The notes below the pieces were generated by a model. It was not told the origin of the DNA. It did not search any database and was given only the letters and a program-made list of their open reading frames with translations. A stretch of 32,000 bases of DNA from Methanococcus maripaludis. GTDB taxonomy: Archaea; AGJL01; Methanococci; Methanococcales; Methanococcaceae. The DNA lies in assembly GCF_002945325.1 (NCBI RefSeq), contig NZ_CP026606.1:1682919-1714918 (forward strand). The letters are read 5' to 3'. This document shows positions 12,501 through 22,444 of the stretch, piece after piece. Position 1 is the stretch's first letter. Each line of letters opens with the position of its first letter. The position numbers were made by a program, and so were the translations under genes.

Positions 12501-12780
12501 CAGTCTGACCGCCCATTGTTGGGAGAATTGCATCAGGCTGTTCTTTTTCAATGATTTTTTCCAATATTTTTGGATTTAATGGTTCCAAGTAAACCTTATC
12601 TGCAATATTTGTATCGGTTTGAATGGTTGCAGGGTTTGAATTTACTAAAATTGTATAAATTCCCTCTTCTTTTAAAGATTTACAAGCTTGCGAGCCAGAA
12701 AAATCAAACTCTGCTGCCTGTCCGATAACAATGGGGCCAGAACCCAAAATCATTACCTTTTTTATATCCTCTCTTTTCAA
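9535..12780 (-). CDS. carB: Carbamoyl-phosphate synthase large subunit, single 1081-aa ORF
   Basis: '[40 protein letters not shown]', second ATP-grasp half '[27 protein letters not shown]', C-terminal MGS-like domain. TTG start with SD 'aaggtgg'. Confidence 0.97.
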   Translation of the reverse strand: MKREDIKKVMILGSGPIVIGQAAEFDFSGSQACKSLKEEGIYTILVNSNPATIQTDTNIADKVYLEPLNPKILEKIIEKEQPDAILPTMGGQTGLNLAMELSKRGILEKHGVELLGSTESVIETSEDRDLFNKAMEEINQPIAKSAAVHSVEEAIEATKELGYPAIVRPAFTLGGTGGGIANNEDELIEITKKGLKYSMIKQVLIDQSLLGWKEYEYEVMRDKNDTCIVVCNMENIDPMGIHTGESIVTAPSQTLSDEFHQKLRDASLQIIRHLKIEGGCNVQFAVNPEMTDYVVIEVNPRVSRSSALASKATGYPIAKIAAKIAIGRTLDEIQNDVTKETPASFEPTIDYVVVKIPRWPFDKFRTVDKKLGTSMKSTGEIMAIGRNLEEALQKAVRSLDIGRFGIIADGKDKEYSNSEIVDILEHATDERLFVIAYALDKGWSVDGICERTGINPFFIEKIKKIIDCKKELEVISRLPVDDEKLKEILLKAKSLGFSDVQISKIFSKTENEIRDLRKRLEVIPVYKMVDTCAAEFEAKTPYYYSAYERYFDKEQNESVSSDRKKVIILGSGPIRIGQGVEFDYSTVHAIFALKELGIEAIIVNNNPETVSTDYDTSDKLYFEPLVYEEIMNIIENENKNGQLLGVIVQFGGQTAINLAMKLYNSGVNILGTSPQSIDLAEDRDQFIHVLEKLKIPQADGATAFSEEQALKVVERIGYPALVRPSYVLGGRAMQIVYNTEDLKDYMREAVKVSSDHPILIDKFLEEAVEVDVDAVCDGESVFIGAIMEHIEEAGIHSGDSACVIPPQTLSKEVIEKIAEHTTKLALELGVIGLLNIQYAVKDGVVYIIEANPRASRTIPYVSKSVGVPLAKIATNAIMGKKLKEMRYFGLAKSKYVSVKEAVFPFLKLPGVDPVLSPEMKSTGEAIGIDQDFGKAFYKSQLSANMELPTSGTVFISVRNRDKDNITKIAKKYHNLGFEIVATRGTARELRLFDIPVREVRKISESMQNSVLDLMQKGEVDLIINTSSGDKAKTDGYFIRRAAVELNIPCMTTLQGAYAAIKAIEAIKSGELGVYSLNELEN

Positions 12781-13068
12781 AATTCCACCTTAGGATACTT
12801 TTCCATATAATATGTTATTCTCGTTTTTAAACTCTATGCTAATATAAAATTCAAATTGTCAAAGTATATCCAAAGACCAATATTTAAATTATCCGCTCGA
12901 AATAATTTCAAATGTTCCGAATCGATTGAAATAAAGTTTTATAAAATTATAAAAAAATAGAATTTAATTAAAATGTTACTAATTCAGTTGCGAGTTTTGC
13001 GAGTTTTTTTCTTTGTAATTTTAAAGACATTATGGTATTTTATAGGTTTTTCAGCATAACAATATTTT

Positions 13069-13818
13069 ATGAAAATGTTATCGTGGAATGTAAATGGGAT
13101 TCGTGCATGTTTGAAAAATGGCTTCATGGATTTTTTAGAACGTGAAAGTCCTGACATCATGTGCATACAAGAGACAAAAGTGCAAAGTGGACAGGTCCAG
13201 CTTGGACTTGACGGTTATTTTCAGTACTGGAATTACGCAGAACGAAAAGGTTATTCTGGAACTGCAATTTTTACAAAAATAAAACCAAATAACGTTATAT
13301 TGGGGATGGAAAACAGTGAGCACAACAATGAAGGAAGGGTAATTACTCTTGAATTTGACGAATACTATTTAGTGAATGTTTACACTCCAAATTCTCAAAG
13401 GGGCCTTACAAGGCTTGAATATCGGCAAAAATGGGATGAAGACTTTTTAAATTACATAAAAACCCTTGAAACTAAAAAACCAGTGGTATTTTGTGGGGAC
13501 TTAAATGTTGCACACAAAGAAATCGATTTAAAAAATCCGAAAACTAATGTAAAAAATGCAGGATTCACTCCTGAAGAAAGAAGTGGGTTTGACAATATTG
13601 TAAATTCTGGATTTTTAGATACTTTCAGGGAATTTAACAAAGAAACTGATAATTATTCTTGGTGGAGCTACCGATTTAATGCAAGGGCAAAAAACATAGG
13701 CTGGAGAATTGATTATTTTTGTATTTCGAAAAGTTTAAGGGATAATTTAAAAAATGCATTTATAATGCCTGAAATAATGGGTTCAGACCACTGTCCTGTG
13801 GGAATTATATTTGAATAG
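13069..13818 (+). CDS. xth: Exodeoxyribonuclease III / AP endonuclease family
   Basis: 'MKMLSWNVNGIRACLKNGFMDFL', 'DIMCIQETKVQ', 'FCGDLNVAHKEIDL', 'GWRIDYFCIS', 'GSDHCPVGI'. Confidence 0.95.
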   Translation: MKMLSWNVNGIRACLKNGFMDFLERESPDIMCIQETKVQSGQVQLGLDGYFQYWNYAERKGYSGTAIFTKIKPNNVILGMENSEHNNEGRVITLEFDEYYLVNVYTPNSQRGLTRLEYRQKWDEDFLNYIKTLETKKPVVFCGDLNVAHKEIDLKNPKTNVKNAGFTPEERSGFDNIVNSGFLDTFREFNKETDNYSWWSYRFNARAKNIGWRIDYFCISKSLRDNLKNAFIMPEIMGSDHCPVGIIFE

Positions 13819-13971
13819 ATCTTCTGAAAAAATCTGTTCCTTACTTTTTTATTTTTTAAAGATATTATTCTAGAGTTATTTTAATTTTTAAAATCGATAA
13901 GCTTTTTAAGCGATACCGCATTACATTTAAGAGAACAATTTTTGAAAAGGATTTTAGAAACAGTGATAATT

Positions 13972-15639
13972 ATGAAAGATACTGTAATGGCATATCTACT
14001 TGAAAATTCGATTAAATTCAAAGGAAAACCAAATCCAAAAGCTGCAATGGGAAAAATACTTGGAGAAAACCCTGATTTAAGAAGTAAAGTTAAAGAAGTA
14101 AACCAGGTTATTTCGGAAGTTTTAAAAGAAATTGAAACAATGTCCCTTGAAGAACAGCAGGCAAAATTAAACGAACTTGCTCCAGAAGGGTTTGGACAAA
14201 AAACAGAAAGAAAAAAAAAGGAAATTGAACTGAAAAACGTTAAAGGAAATGTTGTAATGAGATTTGCACCAAATCCTTCAGGACCCCTTCATATCGGACA
14301 CGCAAGAGCATCCGTATTAAACGACTTTTTCTCAAAAAAATACAATGGAAAACTTGTTTTAAGACTTGAAGACACCGATGCTAAAAGAGTTCTTCCAGAA
14401 GCTTACGAAATGATTCAGGAAGATTTAAAATGGCTTGGAGTAAAAGTCGATGAAGTAATTGTACAATCAGAAAGGCTTGAAATTTACTACGAATACGGTA
14501 GAAAATTAATTGAAATGGGACACGCTTACGTTTGCGATTGCGATGCAGATGAATTTAGAACTTTAAGAGAACAGGGAATTCCTTGTAAATGTAGGGATAC
14601 TACTCCAGAAGAAAATATTGCATTATGGGAAAAAATGCTCGCTGGAGAACTTGATAATGTTGCAGTAAGATTGAAAACAGATATTGCACACAAAAACCCA
14701 TCAATTAGGGATTTTCCAATATTTAGAATTGAAAGAACCCCTCACCCAAAAAATGGAACAAAATATCACGTATATCCTTTAATGAATCTTTCAGTAACTG
14801 TTGATGACCATTTGCTTGGTATGACACACGTTTTAAGGGGAAAAGACCACATAGTAAACACAGAAAAACAAGAATATATTTATAACTACCTTGGATGGGA
14901 TATTCCAGAATATGTTCACTACGGAATTTTAAAAATAGAAGGGCCTGTTTTAAGTACTTCAAAAATGCATGCAGGAATTTTAAGCGGAGAATACTCCGGC
15001 TGGGACGATGCAAGGCTTGGAACATTGAGGGCTCTCAGAAAAAGAGGAATAAGGCCAGAAGCACTCTACAAATTAATGGTTGAAATTGGAATAAAACAAG
15101 CAGACGTTAGATTTGCCTGGGAAAACCTTTACGCTGCAAACAAAGATATAATCGATAAAGATGCGAGAAGATTCTTCTTTGTAGAAAGTCCGAAAAAATT
15201 AGTAATTTCTGGTGCAGAAAATAGGAAAATTGATCTTAGAATGCACCCTGATAGAAGCGAACTTGGAAACAGGGAACTGTTATTCGACGGCGAAATATAC
15301 GTTTCAGACGATCTTGAAGCTGGAAAAATGTATCGACTAATGGAATTATTCAATATTGTTGTTGAACGGGTTGAAAATGATATTATCTATGCAAAATACG
15401 ACAGCGATGACTTTAAAGTTGCGAAAACTAATAAAGCAAGTATCATTCACTGGATTCCTGTAAAAAACAGCATTCCTGTAACGGTTATCGATGAAAATGC
15501 TGAAAAAATAGAAGGATTTGCAGAAAAAGACTTTTCAGTTGTAAAAGAAGATGATTTTGTCCAGTTTGAAAGATTTGGATTTGTAAGAATTGACGAAAAA
15601 GAAGATAATGGATATACCTGCTATTTTACCCACAAATAA
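13972..15639 (+). CDS. gltX: Glutamyl-tRNA synthetase (archaeal type)
   Basis: '[27 protein letters not shown]' HIGH motif, '[17 protein letters not shown]', '[10 protein letters not shown]' KMSKS-like motif. ATG 13972 follows GTGAT. Confidence 0.95.
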   Translation: MKDTVMAYLLENSIKFKGKPNPKAAMGKILGENPDLRSKVKEVNQVISEVLKEIETMSLEEQQAKLNELAPEGFGQKTERKKKEIELKNVKGNVVMRFAPNPSGPLHIGHARASVLNDFFSKKYNGKLVLRLEDTDAKRVLPEAYEMIQEDLKWLGVKVDEVIVQSERLEIYYEYGRKLIEMGHAYVCDCDADEFRTLREQGIPCKCRDTTPEENIALWEKMLAGELDNVAVRLKTDIAHKNPSIRDFPIFRIERTPHPKNGTKYHVYPLMNLSVTVDDHLLGMTHVLRGKDHIVNTEKQEYIYNYLGWDIPEYVHYGILKIEGPVLSTSKMHAGILSGEYSGWDDARLGTLRALRKRGIRPEALYKLMVEIGIKQADVRFAWENLYAANKDIIDKDARRFFFVESPKKLVISGAENRKIDLRMHPDRSELGNRELLFDGEIYVSDDLEAGKMYRLMELFNIVVERVENDIIYAKYDSDDFKVAKTNKASIIHWIPVKNSIPVTVIDENAEKIEGFAEKDFSVVKEDDFVQFERFGFVRIDEKEDNGYTCYFTHK

Positions 15640-15747
15640 TTTAACTTTTTTAGATTTTAATTTATTTTTAAAATTCACGATTTTTTTAATATGAATTTAT
15701 AAGTAATTTAAAAAGATAAACTAACTTTAAACAACAAGTGATTTCAA

Positions 15748-16644
15748 ATGGAAAGTCAAAAAAAGATTTTAAAACTAACAGTTGATTCAAAAATTGTTGG
15801 AAACAAGTTAATCGATGTTTTAAAGGACAATTTTGAACTTTCAAATAAAATGATAAAAAAATTTGACAAAGAAAATAAAATTTTTGTAAATTCTAAAAAT
15901 ATCTCCTTAAAATCAAAATTAAAAGAAAATGAAACCGTTTATGTTGAAATTGATTGTGGAATCAATACAATTGATCCCGAAAACTTAGCCCTAAATATAA
16001 TTTACGAAGATGACGATTTATTGATTGTCGATAAACCAAAAAATATGGTTGTTCACCCTACTAAAAATGTGCTATCGAAAACACTTGCAAATGCAGTTTC
16101 AAATCACCAGAAAATAAATAATCAGAACTACAAAATAAGATTTGTAAACCGTCTTGATATGGACACTACTGGACTTTTAATCATTGCAAAAGATCCATAT
16201 TCTCATCAACGTCTTGCAAAACAGATGGATGAAGGAATTTTGGAAAAGATATATATTGCGGTAGTAAATGGGCATCTGGATTTAAAAGAAGGAATTATTG
16301 AAGATTCAATCGATTTAAATGACGACGGTATAAAAAGAGAATTATCTAATGTTGGAAAAATTTCTAAAACTAAATACAAAGTAATCGAAGAACTCAAAAA
16401 TGCATCAATTCTTGAAATAAAATTACTTACCGGCAGAACTCACCAGATAAGGGTGCATTTATCAAGTACTGGAAATTATATAATTGGAGATACTCTTTAT
16501 GGTGAAATTTCTAATTTAATTGAGAGACAAGCTCTTCATTCGTATATTTTAAGATTTATTCATCCAATTACAAAAGAAAAAATGGAATTTTCATCAAAAC
16601 TGCCAGATGATATGGAAAATCTCATAAAAAATTTGAAAGAGTAA
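15748..16644 (+). CDS. RluA/RluD-family pseudouridine synthase with N-terminal S4-like domain
   Basis: '[21 protein letters not shown]', catalytic '[19 protein letters not shown]', '[27 protein letters not shown]'. Confidence 0.92.
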   Translation: MESQKKILKLTVDSKIVGNKLIDVLKDNFELSNKMIKKFDKENKIFVNSKNISLKSKLKENETVYVEIDCGINTIDPENLALNIIYEDDDLLIVDKPKNMVVHPTKNVLSKTLANAVSNHQKINNQNYKIRFVNRLDMDTTGLLIIAKDPYSHQRLAKQMDEGILEKIYIAVVNGHLDLKEGIIEDSIDLNDDGIKRELSNVGKISKTKYKVIEELKNASILEIKLLTGRTHQIRVHLSSTGNYIIGDTLYGEISNLIERQALHSYILRFIHPITKEKMEFSSKLPDDMENLIKNLKE

Positions 16645-16666
16645 AATTCGTGTGTTGTGGGAAAAA

Positions 16667-17923
16667 ATGGTACTTTTAAAAAATGGAAAAATCGTGTCTG
16701 AGAATAAAATAACTGAATCTGATATCTTAATCGAAGATGGAATAATTCAAAAAATTGAAAAAAATATTGATTATTCTGGTGAAATAATTGATTTAAAAGG
16801 AAATTATGTTTTTCCAGGAATAATTGATTCACACGTTCACTTTCGTTGGGGAAATCCCGAAAAAGAAGATTTTGTTTCCGGAAGTGAAGCTGCAATTGCT
16901 GGTGGAATTGTTTATGCAATAGATATGCCAAATAACACGCCTCCTGTAACTACAAAAGACATATTTTACAAAAAAATGAAAGAAGGAAATGAACAAAGCA
17001 AGATAAATTTGTATTTTGCTTACGGAGTTACGGAAAATAACTATTTAGAAAATGTCGAAGAAGCGATATTTTATAAAATTTTTATGGTAAAATCAGTCGG
17101 CGACCTTTTTATTAGTGATTACTCAAAATTAAGGGAAATTCTTGATCAAAACAAGATTTTTGCAATTCACGCAGAACATAAAAGTATAATTTCCGAAAAT
17201 TCCAAAAAATACGAACTAAATAGTTTCGAAAACCACTGTAAAATCAGAAGTCGAGAAAGTGAGATTGAAGCAGTTAGGGAAGTTTTAAATGTTTTACAAA
17301 AAATTGATAAAGAAAGTAAAAATAAGCCTCACGTTCATTTCTGCCATATTTCAGTTAAAGAAGCGCTTGATTTAATAAAAAATGCCAAAAAAACTTTTAA
17401 AAATGTAAAAGTTACTGTTGAAGTGTCCCCTCACCATTTATTTTTAAATTCAAAAATGGCCGAAGATTTGAAAGGATGTGGAAAATTTAACCCTCCATTA
17501 AGGGAAGAAGCAGATAATCTAGCACTATTAAATGGAATTATCGATGGAACGGTGGATATCGTTGCAACGGACCACGCGCCCCATTTAATCGATGAAAAAC
17601 TAAATTTGGTCGAAAACTGCCCTTCAGGAATTCCTGGAATCGAAACACTAGTGCCATTGATTATGAATTTGGTAAACGAAGAAAAAATTTCAATTTTTGA
17701 TGCATACAGAGTTTTATCAAGAAATCCTTCAGAAATTTTTAAAATAAATAATAAGATCAAAGTTGGAAATAACGCGAATATGACTGTTGTTGATATGGAC
17801 AAAGAATACAAAATATCTGCCAAAGATTTTAAATCAAAGGCTAAATTCACGCCTTTTGAAGGAAAAACCGTTAAAGGAAAGCCTTCTGCAACATTGGTTA
17901 ATGGGAAGATATATATATTATAA
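16667..17923 (+). CDS. pyrC: Dihydroorotase
   Basis: '[25 protein letters not shown]' metal site, '[12 protein letters not shown]', '[15 protein letters not shown]', '[15 protein letters not shown]'. Start at 16667 (ATG) or at the GTG 16652 used by the track. Confidence 0.93.
   Translation: MVLLKNGKIVSENKITESDILIEDGIIQKIEKNIDYSGEIIDLKGNYVFPGIIDSHVHFRWGNPEKEDFVSGSEAAIAGGIVYAIDMPNNTPPVTTKDIFYKKMKEGNEQSKINLYFAYGVTENNYLENVEEAIFYKIFMVKSVGDLFISDYSKLREILDQNKIFAIHAEHKSIISENSKKYELNSFENHCKIRSRESEIEAVREVLNVLQKIDKESKNKPHVHFCHISVKEALDLIKNAKKTFKNVKVTVEVSPHHLFLNSKMAEDLKGCGKFNPPLREEADNLALLNGIIDGTVDIVATDHAPHLIDEKLNLVENCPSGIPGIETLVPLIMNLVNEEKISIFDAYRVLSRNPSEIFKINNKIKVGNNANMTVVDMDKEYKISAKDFKSKAKFTPFEGKTVKGKPSATLVNGKIYIL
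17910..17920 (+). promoter_or_regulatory. Candidate TATA box of the trp leader/operon transcript
   Basis: 'tatatatatta' overlapping the 3' end of pyrC, about 50 bp upstream of the leader ATG. This would give a short 5' UTR of about 25-30 nt before the leader ORF. Confidence 0.4.
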
Positions 17924-17970
17924 TCTTTCTAAAACATATTATACTATGTAAACTTTAGAACGGTGGTAAA

Positions 17971-18066
17971 ATGACGTATAGGTCGGAACAGTCGGAAACA
18001 AAAGTAGAATCATTATGTAAATTAAGTTCATTTGAATGTGTTGTTTTATTCCAGTGGTGGCAGTAA
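17971..18066 (+). CDS. Putative trp operon leader peptide (31 aa) ending in QWWQ
   Basis: SD-like 'ggtggt' at 17962-17967, then ATG at 17971. Translation MTYRSEQSETKVESLCKLSSFECVVLFQWWQ, stop TAA 18064-18066. Tandem TGG codons at 18055-18060. Located directly upstream of trpC. Confidence 0.7.
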   Translation: MTYRSEQSETKVESLCKLSSFECVVLFQWWQ

Positions 18067-18117
18067 TCACTGTGTAATTTGTTAGTGGACGCTATAGTCC
18101 GGTTAATTAGTATTTTT
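18052..18117 (+). promoter_or_regulatory. Candidate attenuator-like alternative RNA structures and T5 tract
   Basis: CAGTG(18052-56)/CACTG(18068-72) competes with CACT(18068-71)/AGTG(18084-87). The latter competes with GGAC(18087-90)/GTCC(18097-100). TTTTT at 18113-18117. Confidence 0.4.
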
Positions 18118-18254
18118 GCAGTTGTTATCAAGAATTTAGAGATATCAGTATAGTTAATATTAATATATCTAACAATACGGATTAATATAAAAATTCTAAG
18201 TATCGACTACACGGTTCATCAATTTATTCAAGATTTAAATTTTAGAGGGCAGTT

Positions 18255-18944
18255 ATGACCATAAATTTTAAAAAACAGGCAAATGCCATAAAAAATTTTG
18301 ACAAAAACCCAATAATCGCGGAAATTAAAGTTCATTCTCCAAAATATGGCGATTTGTTGAAAGGAAGATCTGAAATGGATATTTTAAGAATATATGAAGA
18401 AGCTGGAGCAGTTGGAATTTCATATATTACTGATAAACAGCATTTCAACGGAAACTTTGACATGTTTAAAAAGATCTGCGAAAACACCGAACTTCCAGTT
18501 TTAAGAAAAGATTTTCTAACAACAAAAGACGAAATTGAAAAAACAGCAAGTGCCGGGGCAAGTACCGTTTTGATAATTGCAAGATTATTGAAAGAAAAAA
18601 CAGCTGAATTTGTAGATTTTGCACTCGAATGCGGGCTTGATACGCTTGTTGAAGTTCATAACACAGAAGAAATTGAAATTGCTAAATCTACGAACACAAC
18701 AATGATTGGAATAAACAACAGGGATATTTCAAAATTGGAACTTGATGATGGAACTGTTTCACTAACTGAAAATCTTGCAGATTTAATTCCAAAAGACAGA
18801 ATTCTTGTCAGTGAAAGTGGAATTGCTAATTTAACCGATTTAAAAACTGCATTAAAATATGCAGATGCTGCATTGATTGGAACATCATTCATGACAGCCG
18901 AAAACCAAAACGAGTTCGTAAAAAGTTTTGTTGAGGGAAAATAA
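18255..18944 (+). CDS. trpC: Indole-3-glycerol phosphate synthase
   Basis: 'NPIIAEIKVHSPKYGDL', 'PVLRKDFLTTKDEIEKTASAGASTVLIIARLL', 'IGINNRDISKLELD', 'ILVSESGI'. Confidence 0.96.
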   Translation: MTINFKKQANAIKNFDKNPIIAEIKVHSPKYGDLLKGRSEMDILRIYEEAGAVGISYITDKQHFNGNFDMFKKICENTELPVLRKDFLTTKDEIEKTASAGASTVLIIARLLKEKTAEFVDFALECGLDTLVEVHNTEEIEIAKSTNTTMIGINNRDISKLELDDGTVSLTENLADLIPKDRILVSESGIANLTDLKTALKYADAALIGTSFMTAENQNEFVKSFVEGK

Positions 18945-19909
18945 TGTTAAACAAACTAATTGAACGTGAGAATTTATCATTTGAAGAATCATATGAATTA
19001 TTTAACATGCTTTTAAATGAAAGTGAAATGAGAATAGCAGCTTATTTGGTGGCATTACAGACAAAAGGCCTAACTGCTGATGAAATTGCAGGATTTGCAA
19101 AAGCAATGAGGGATAATGCAGTTAAAATTGACCTTGGGGAAGTTACTGACACTTGCGGAACTGGCGGGGACGGTTCAAAAACAATAAACGTGAGCACAGC
19201 AGTTTCAATAATTCTTTCATGTTTTACAAAAGTTGCAAAACACGGAAACGTTTCAATTACTTCAAACAGTGGTTCGGCAAATGTTTACGAAGCACTTGGC
19301 TGTAAAATTCCAGAAACTCCTGAAGATGCAAAAAAATCAATGGATAAAACAAATTTCGCATTTTTGTTTGCTCAAAAATACCATCCTGCACTTAAAAAAA
19401 TAATGCCTGTTAGAAACGAACTGAAAGTAAAAACAATATTTAATATTTTGGGACCTCTTGCAAACCCTGCAAACCCAAAATACCAGATACTCGGAGTAAA
19501 CTCTTCAGAATTATGTGATAATGTTGCAATTGCGTTATCAAAAGTTGGGGGCATTAAAAAAGCGCTTGTGGTATATGGTAATGGACTTGATGAGTTAACT
19601 CCAAATGGCACTTCAAAGATAACTGAATATGACGGAAAATTTGACACTTACGAAGTAACTCCAAAAGACTTTGGATTGAACTACTCAAAAATAATTCCTT
19701 GTGAAAGTCCTGATGAAAGTGCAAAAAGATTAATTGATGTATTTTCGGGAAAAATCAATGAAGACAGGAATTTTATATTGATGAATGCTGCAGCTGCACT
19801 TTATACTTCAGAAATAGCGTCAGACTTCTTAGATGGTGTTGAAATTGCAAAAGAAGCGATCGAATCTGGAAAAGTCCTTAAAAAACTTGAGGAGATAAGA
19901 AATGTATAA
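18944..19909 (+). CDS. trpD: Anthranilate phosphoribosyltransferase
   Basis: 'TDTCGTGGDGSKTINVSTA', 'KHGNVSITSNSGSANVYEALG', 'FNILGPLANPANPK'. Start overlaps the trpC stop (TAATG). Confidence 0.97.
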   Translation: MLNKLIERENLSFEESYELFNMLLNESEMRIAAYLVALQTKGLTADEIAGFAKAMRDNAVKIDLGEVTDTCGTGGDGSKTINVSTAVSIILSCFTKVAKHGNVSITSNSGSANVYEALGCKIPETPEDAKKSMDKTNFAFLFAQKYHPALKKIMPVRNELKVKTIFNILGPLANPANPKYQILGVNSSELCDNVAIALSKVGGIKKALVVYGNGLDELTPNGTSKITEYDGKFDTYEVTPKDFGLNYSKIIPCESPDESAKRLIDVFSGKINEDRNFILMNAAAALYTSEIASDFLDGVEIAKEAIESGKVLKKLEEIRNV

Positions 19910-21221
19910 ATTGGATTATGTAAATCCTCTAAAACTTTATGGTGTTTTAAGGGATGAAGGAAAATATCCAGTAATGCTTGAATCAAGAGCTAAAGGGCAG
20001 ATTAATGCAAGGTACACCTATATTTCTTCAAATCCCGAATATATGCTCAGAATTGGTAATAAAACCAAAATGGACAACGAAACGATTTCAAAAGAAAGCA
20101 ACCCTTTCAAAGCTTTAAAAGAAAATTTCAAAGTTACTCAAAAAGGCGACAGATTCACCGGCGGATACGTTGGATATATTGCATATGACTGTATCCATAA
20201 CTACATTGGTGGAAAAATCGAGGAACCTTCGGTATTTGGATACTATGACCACATGTATGTTTACGATCATGAAACAAGGAATTTTTACTACCATTCTGAA
20301 AATAACAACCCAGAAGAATTAAGAAATGCTGAATTAACTGTTGAAAAAGCAAAAAATTTCAAAATCGAAGAGGAAGACGGCGGAATTGAAGTTTTGGGTT
20401 GCGATGCGGACTTAGACGACTATGTAAAAATGGTTGAAAAAACTAAAGAATATATTTATGCAGGCGATGCTTTTCAGGTCGTTCCTTCAAGAGAATATCG
20501 CTTGAAAAATGAATTTTCTGCATTTCAATTGTATAGGAATCTTAGAAAAGTAAATCCAAGTCCGTACATGTTTTTGCTCGAATTTGATAAGGACGTTGTT
20601 GGAGCATCACCTGAAACAATGGCTTCGGTTCAGAATAATATCTTAAAAGTAAACCCTATTGCAGGGACTACTGCAATTGGAAAAACTGAAAGCGAAACTC
20701 AAAAATTGGCAGAAGCACTCTTAAAGGACGAAAAAGAGCGAGCAGAACACATGATGCTTGTTGACCTTGCAAGAAACGATGTCAGAAAAGTTTCAAAATC
20801 TGGAAGTATTGTGCTTGAAAGGTTTTTCGATGTTGTAAGGTACAGCCATGTTCAGCACATCGAAAGTGAGGTGCTTGGAACATTAAAAGACAATTCGACA
20901 ATATTTGATGCAATAGAAGCTGCATTCCCGGCAGGAACTCTAACCGGAGCTCCAAAATTCAGAGCAATGGAAATTATTGATGAAGTTGAAAAATCAAGAA
21001 GAAAAATTTACGGCGGAGCTGTAGGTTATTTCTCAAACAGCGGCAATGCGGACCTTGCAATTGGAATTAGAATGGCAGAAATTGACAGCGTTTGCAGAGT
21101 ACGAGCAGGCGGAGGGGTTGTTGCTGACTCAGTACCTGAAAATGAATACTACGAAACAGAGCGGAAAATGGCCGCAATGATGAAAGCACTGGGTGTTCAA
21201 AATGATAGTGATAATAGATAA
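19902..21221 (+). CDS. trpE: Anthranilate synthase component I
   Basis: 'YIYAGDAFQVVPSREYRLK', 'NPSPYMFLLEF', 'KVNPIAGTTAIGKTESE', 'TLTGAPKFRAMEIIDEVEKSRRKIYGGAVGYFS'. SD 'gaggagat'. Confidence 0.97.
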   Translation: MYKLDYVNPLKLYGVLRDEGKYPVMLESRAKGQINARYTYISSNPEYMLRIGNKTKMDNETISKESNPFKALKENFKVTQKGDRFTGGYVGYIAYDCIHNYIGGKIEEPSVFGYYDHMYVYDHETRNFYYHSENNNPEELRNAELTVEKAKNFKIEEEDGGIEVLGCDADLDDYVKMVEKTKEYIYAGDAFQVVPSREYRLKNEFSAFQLYRNLRKVNPSPYMFLLEFDKDVVGASPETMASVQNNILKVNPIAGTTAIGKTESETQKLAEALLKDEKERAEHMMLVDLARNDVRKVSKSGSIVLERFFDVVRYSHVQHIESEVLGTLKDNSTIFDAIEAAFPAGTLTGAPKFRAMEIIDEVEKSRRKIYGGAVGYFSNSGNADLAIGIRMAEIDSVCRVRAGGGVVADSVPENEYYETERKMAAMMKALGVQNDSDNR

Positions 21222-21798
21222 CAAAGATTCGTTTGTATGGAATTTGGCAGACTATGCATCGATTTATGATTCTGTAAAAGTTGTTCCAAACACGATTTCA
21301 ATTGATGAGTTAAAAAAATTGAATCCTGATGGAATAATTATTTCACCAGGTCCCGGAGCTCCAGAAAACAAAAGAGATGTTGAAAACTGTCCTGAAATTA
21401 TAAAAACTATGGATGTACCCGTTCTTGGAGTATGTCTTGGACACCAAACAATTGCACACATATTTGGCGGAAAAGTTGGAAGAATTCCTCCGGTTCACGG
21501 AAAATCAAGTTCTGTAACCCACGATTCAAAAGGAATCTTTAAAAATGTGAAAAATCCATTTACTGCTGGAAGATACCATTCTTTATCAGTTTTAAAAGTT
21601 CCTGAAAATTTTACAGTTACTGCAACGACTGATGACGGAACAGTCATGGGAATAAGGCATAATGATATGCCAATCGAAGGAGTTCAATTTCACCCTGAAA
21701 GTGTATTAACAGAATTTGAAGAAAAAGAAGGGCTAAAAATTATTGAAAATTTTGTGAAATTCGCTAAAACATATAAATCTTTTAAAAAGGAAATTTAA
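21202..21798 (+). CDS. trpG: Anthranilate synthase component II (glutamine amidotransferase)
   Basis: 'IIIDNKDSFVWNLADY'-type N-terminus, 'IISPGPGAPENK', 'VLGVCLGHQTIAHIFGGKV', 'GVQFHPESVLTEF'. ATG 21202 preferred to GTG 21193. Confidence 0.95.
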   Translation: MIVIIDNKDSFVWNLADYASIYDSVKVVPNTISIDELKKLNPDGIIISPGPGAPENKRDVENCPEIIKTMDVPVLGVCLGHQTIAHIFGGKVGRIPPVHGKSSSVTHDSKGIFKNVKNPFTAGRYHSLSVLKVPENFTVTATTDDGTVMGIRHNDMPIEGVQFHPESVLTEFEEKEGLKIIENFVKFAKTYKSFKKEI

Positions 21799-21808
21799 GT
21801 GAAAAATC

Positions 21809-22444
21809 ATGTTCATAAAAATTTGCGGAATAAAAACTCCAGAAGAACTAAGAATAGTTGAAAATTACGGCAGCGCTACCGGAGTAATTTTAGAATGTGC
21901 TTCAAAAAGAAGAATTGGTTTTGAAACAGCAAAAAATCTTGTAAATTTATCGAATATTCCTGTATTTGCAGTTTCAACAACATTCGATATTTCAGTATGG
22001 GAAAATATTATTGAATTGACAGGTACGAACTATTTACAGATGCATTCGGATATCGACCAAAAAGCAATAGATTTCATTAAAAATGAGTACGGATGCTTTA
22101 TTATGAAATCGTTTAAAATTCCTGAAACAAGCGAATCACCTGAAATTGATGCTGAAAAAATTATTTCAGAAATTGAAACTTATGAAGTTGATAGAATTTT
22201 ATTGGATACTGGAAAAGGATGTGGGCAGATTCATGACCACAGAATAAGTCAAATGATTGCAAAAAAGTTTGACATTGTTCTTGCAGGGGGTCTTGATCCT
22301 GATAACGTATTAAAAATTGTAAAATCTGTAAAACCGTTTGGAGTTGACGTTTCAAGCGGAGTTGAGAATAATAATTCAAAGGACGAAGAATTGATAAAAA
22401 AATTTTGTGAAAATGTAAAATTAGGTGAAAATTATGAAATGTGA
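21809..22444 (+). CDS. trpF: Phosphoribosylanthranilate isomerase
   Basis: '[28 protein letters not shown]', '[17 protein letters not shown]', '[29 protein letters not shown]'. Confidence 0.95.
   Translation: MFIKICGIKTPEELRIVENYGSATGVILECASKRRIGFETAKNLVNLSNIPVFAVSTTFDISVWENIIELTGTNYLQMHSDIDQKAIDFIKNEYGCFIMKSFKIPETSESPEIDAEKIISEIETYEVDRILLDTGKGCGQIHDHRISQMIAKKFDIVLAGGLDPDNVLKIVKSVKPFGVDVSSGVENNNSKDEELIKKFCENVKLGENYEM

Noticed and set aside
10000-13000. Multiple 60-140 aa antisense ORFs inside carB and other large genes (e.g. 11602..11874, 12179..12508)
   Set aside because: Shadow ORFs opposite well-supported genes, with no SD or domain evidence.
12990-13012. Tandem 'ttgcgagttttgcgagtttttttc' between carB and xth
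   Set aside because: A two-copy 9-nt repeat next to a T run in AT-rich DNA. It lies upstream of both divergent genes, so a terminator role is unsupported.
12984-13166. 60-aa minus-strand ORF between carB and xth
   Set aside because: Overlaps the conserved xth coding sequence, has no SD or recognisable domain, and is low complexity.
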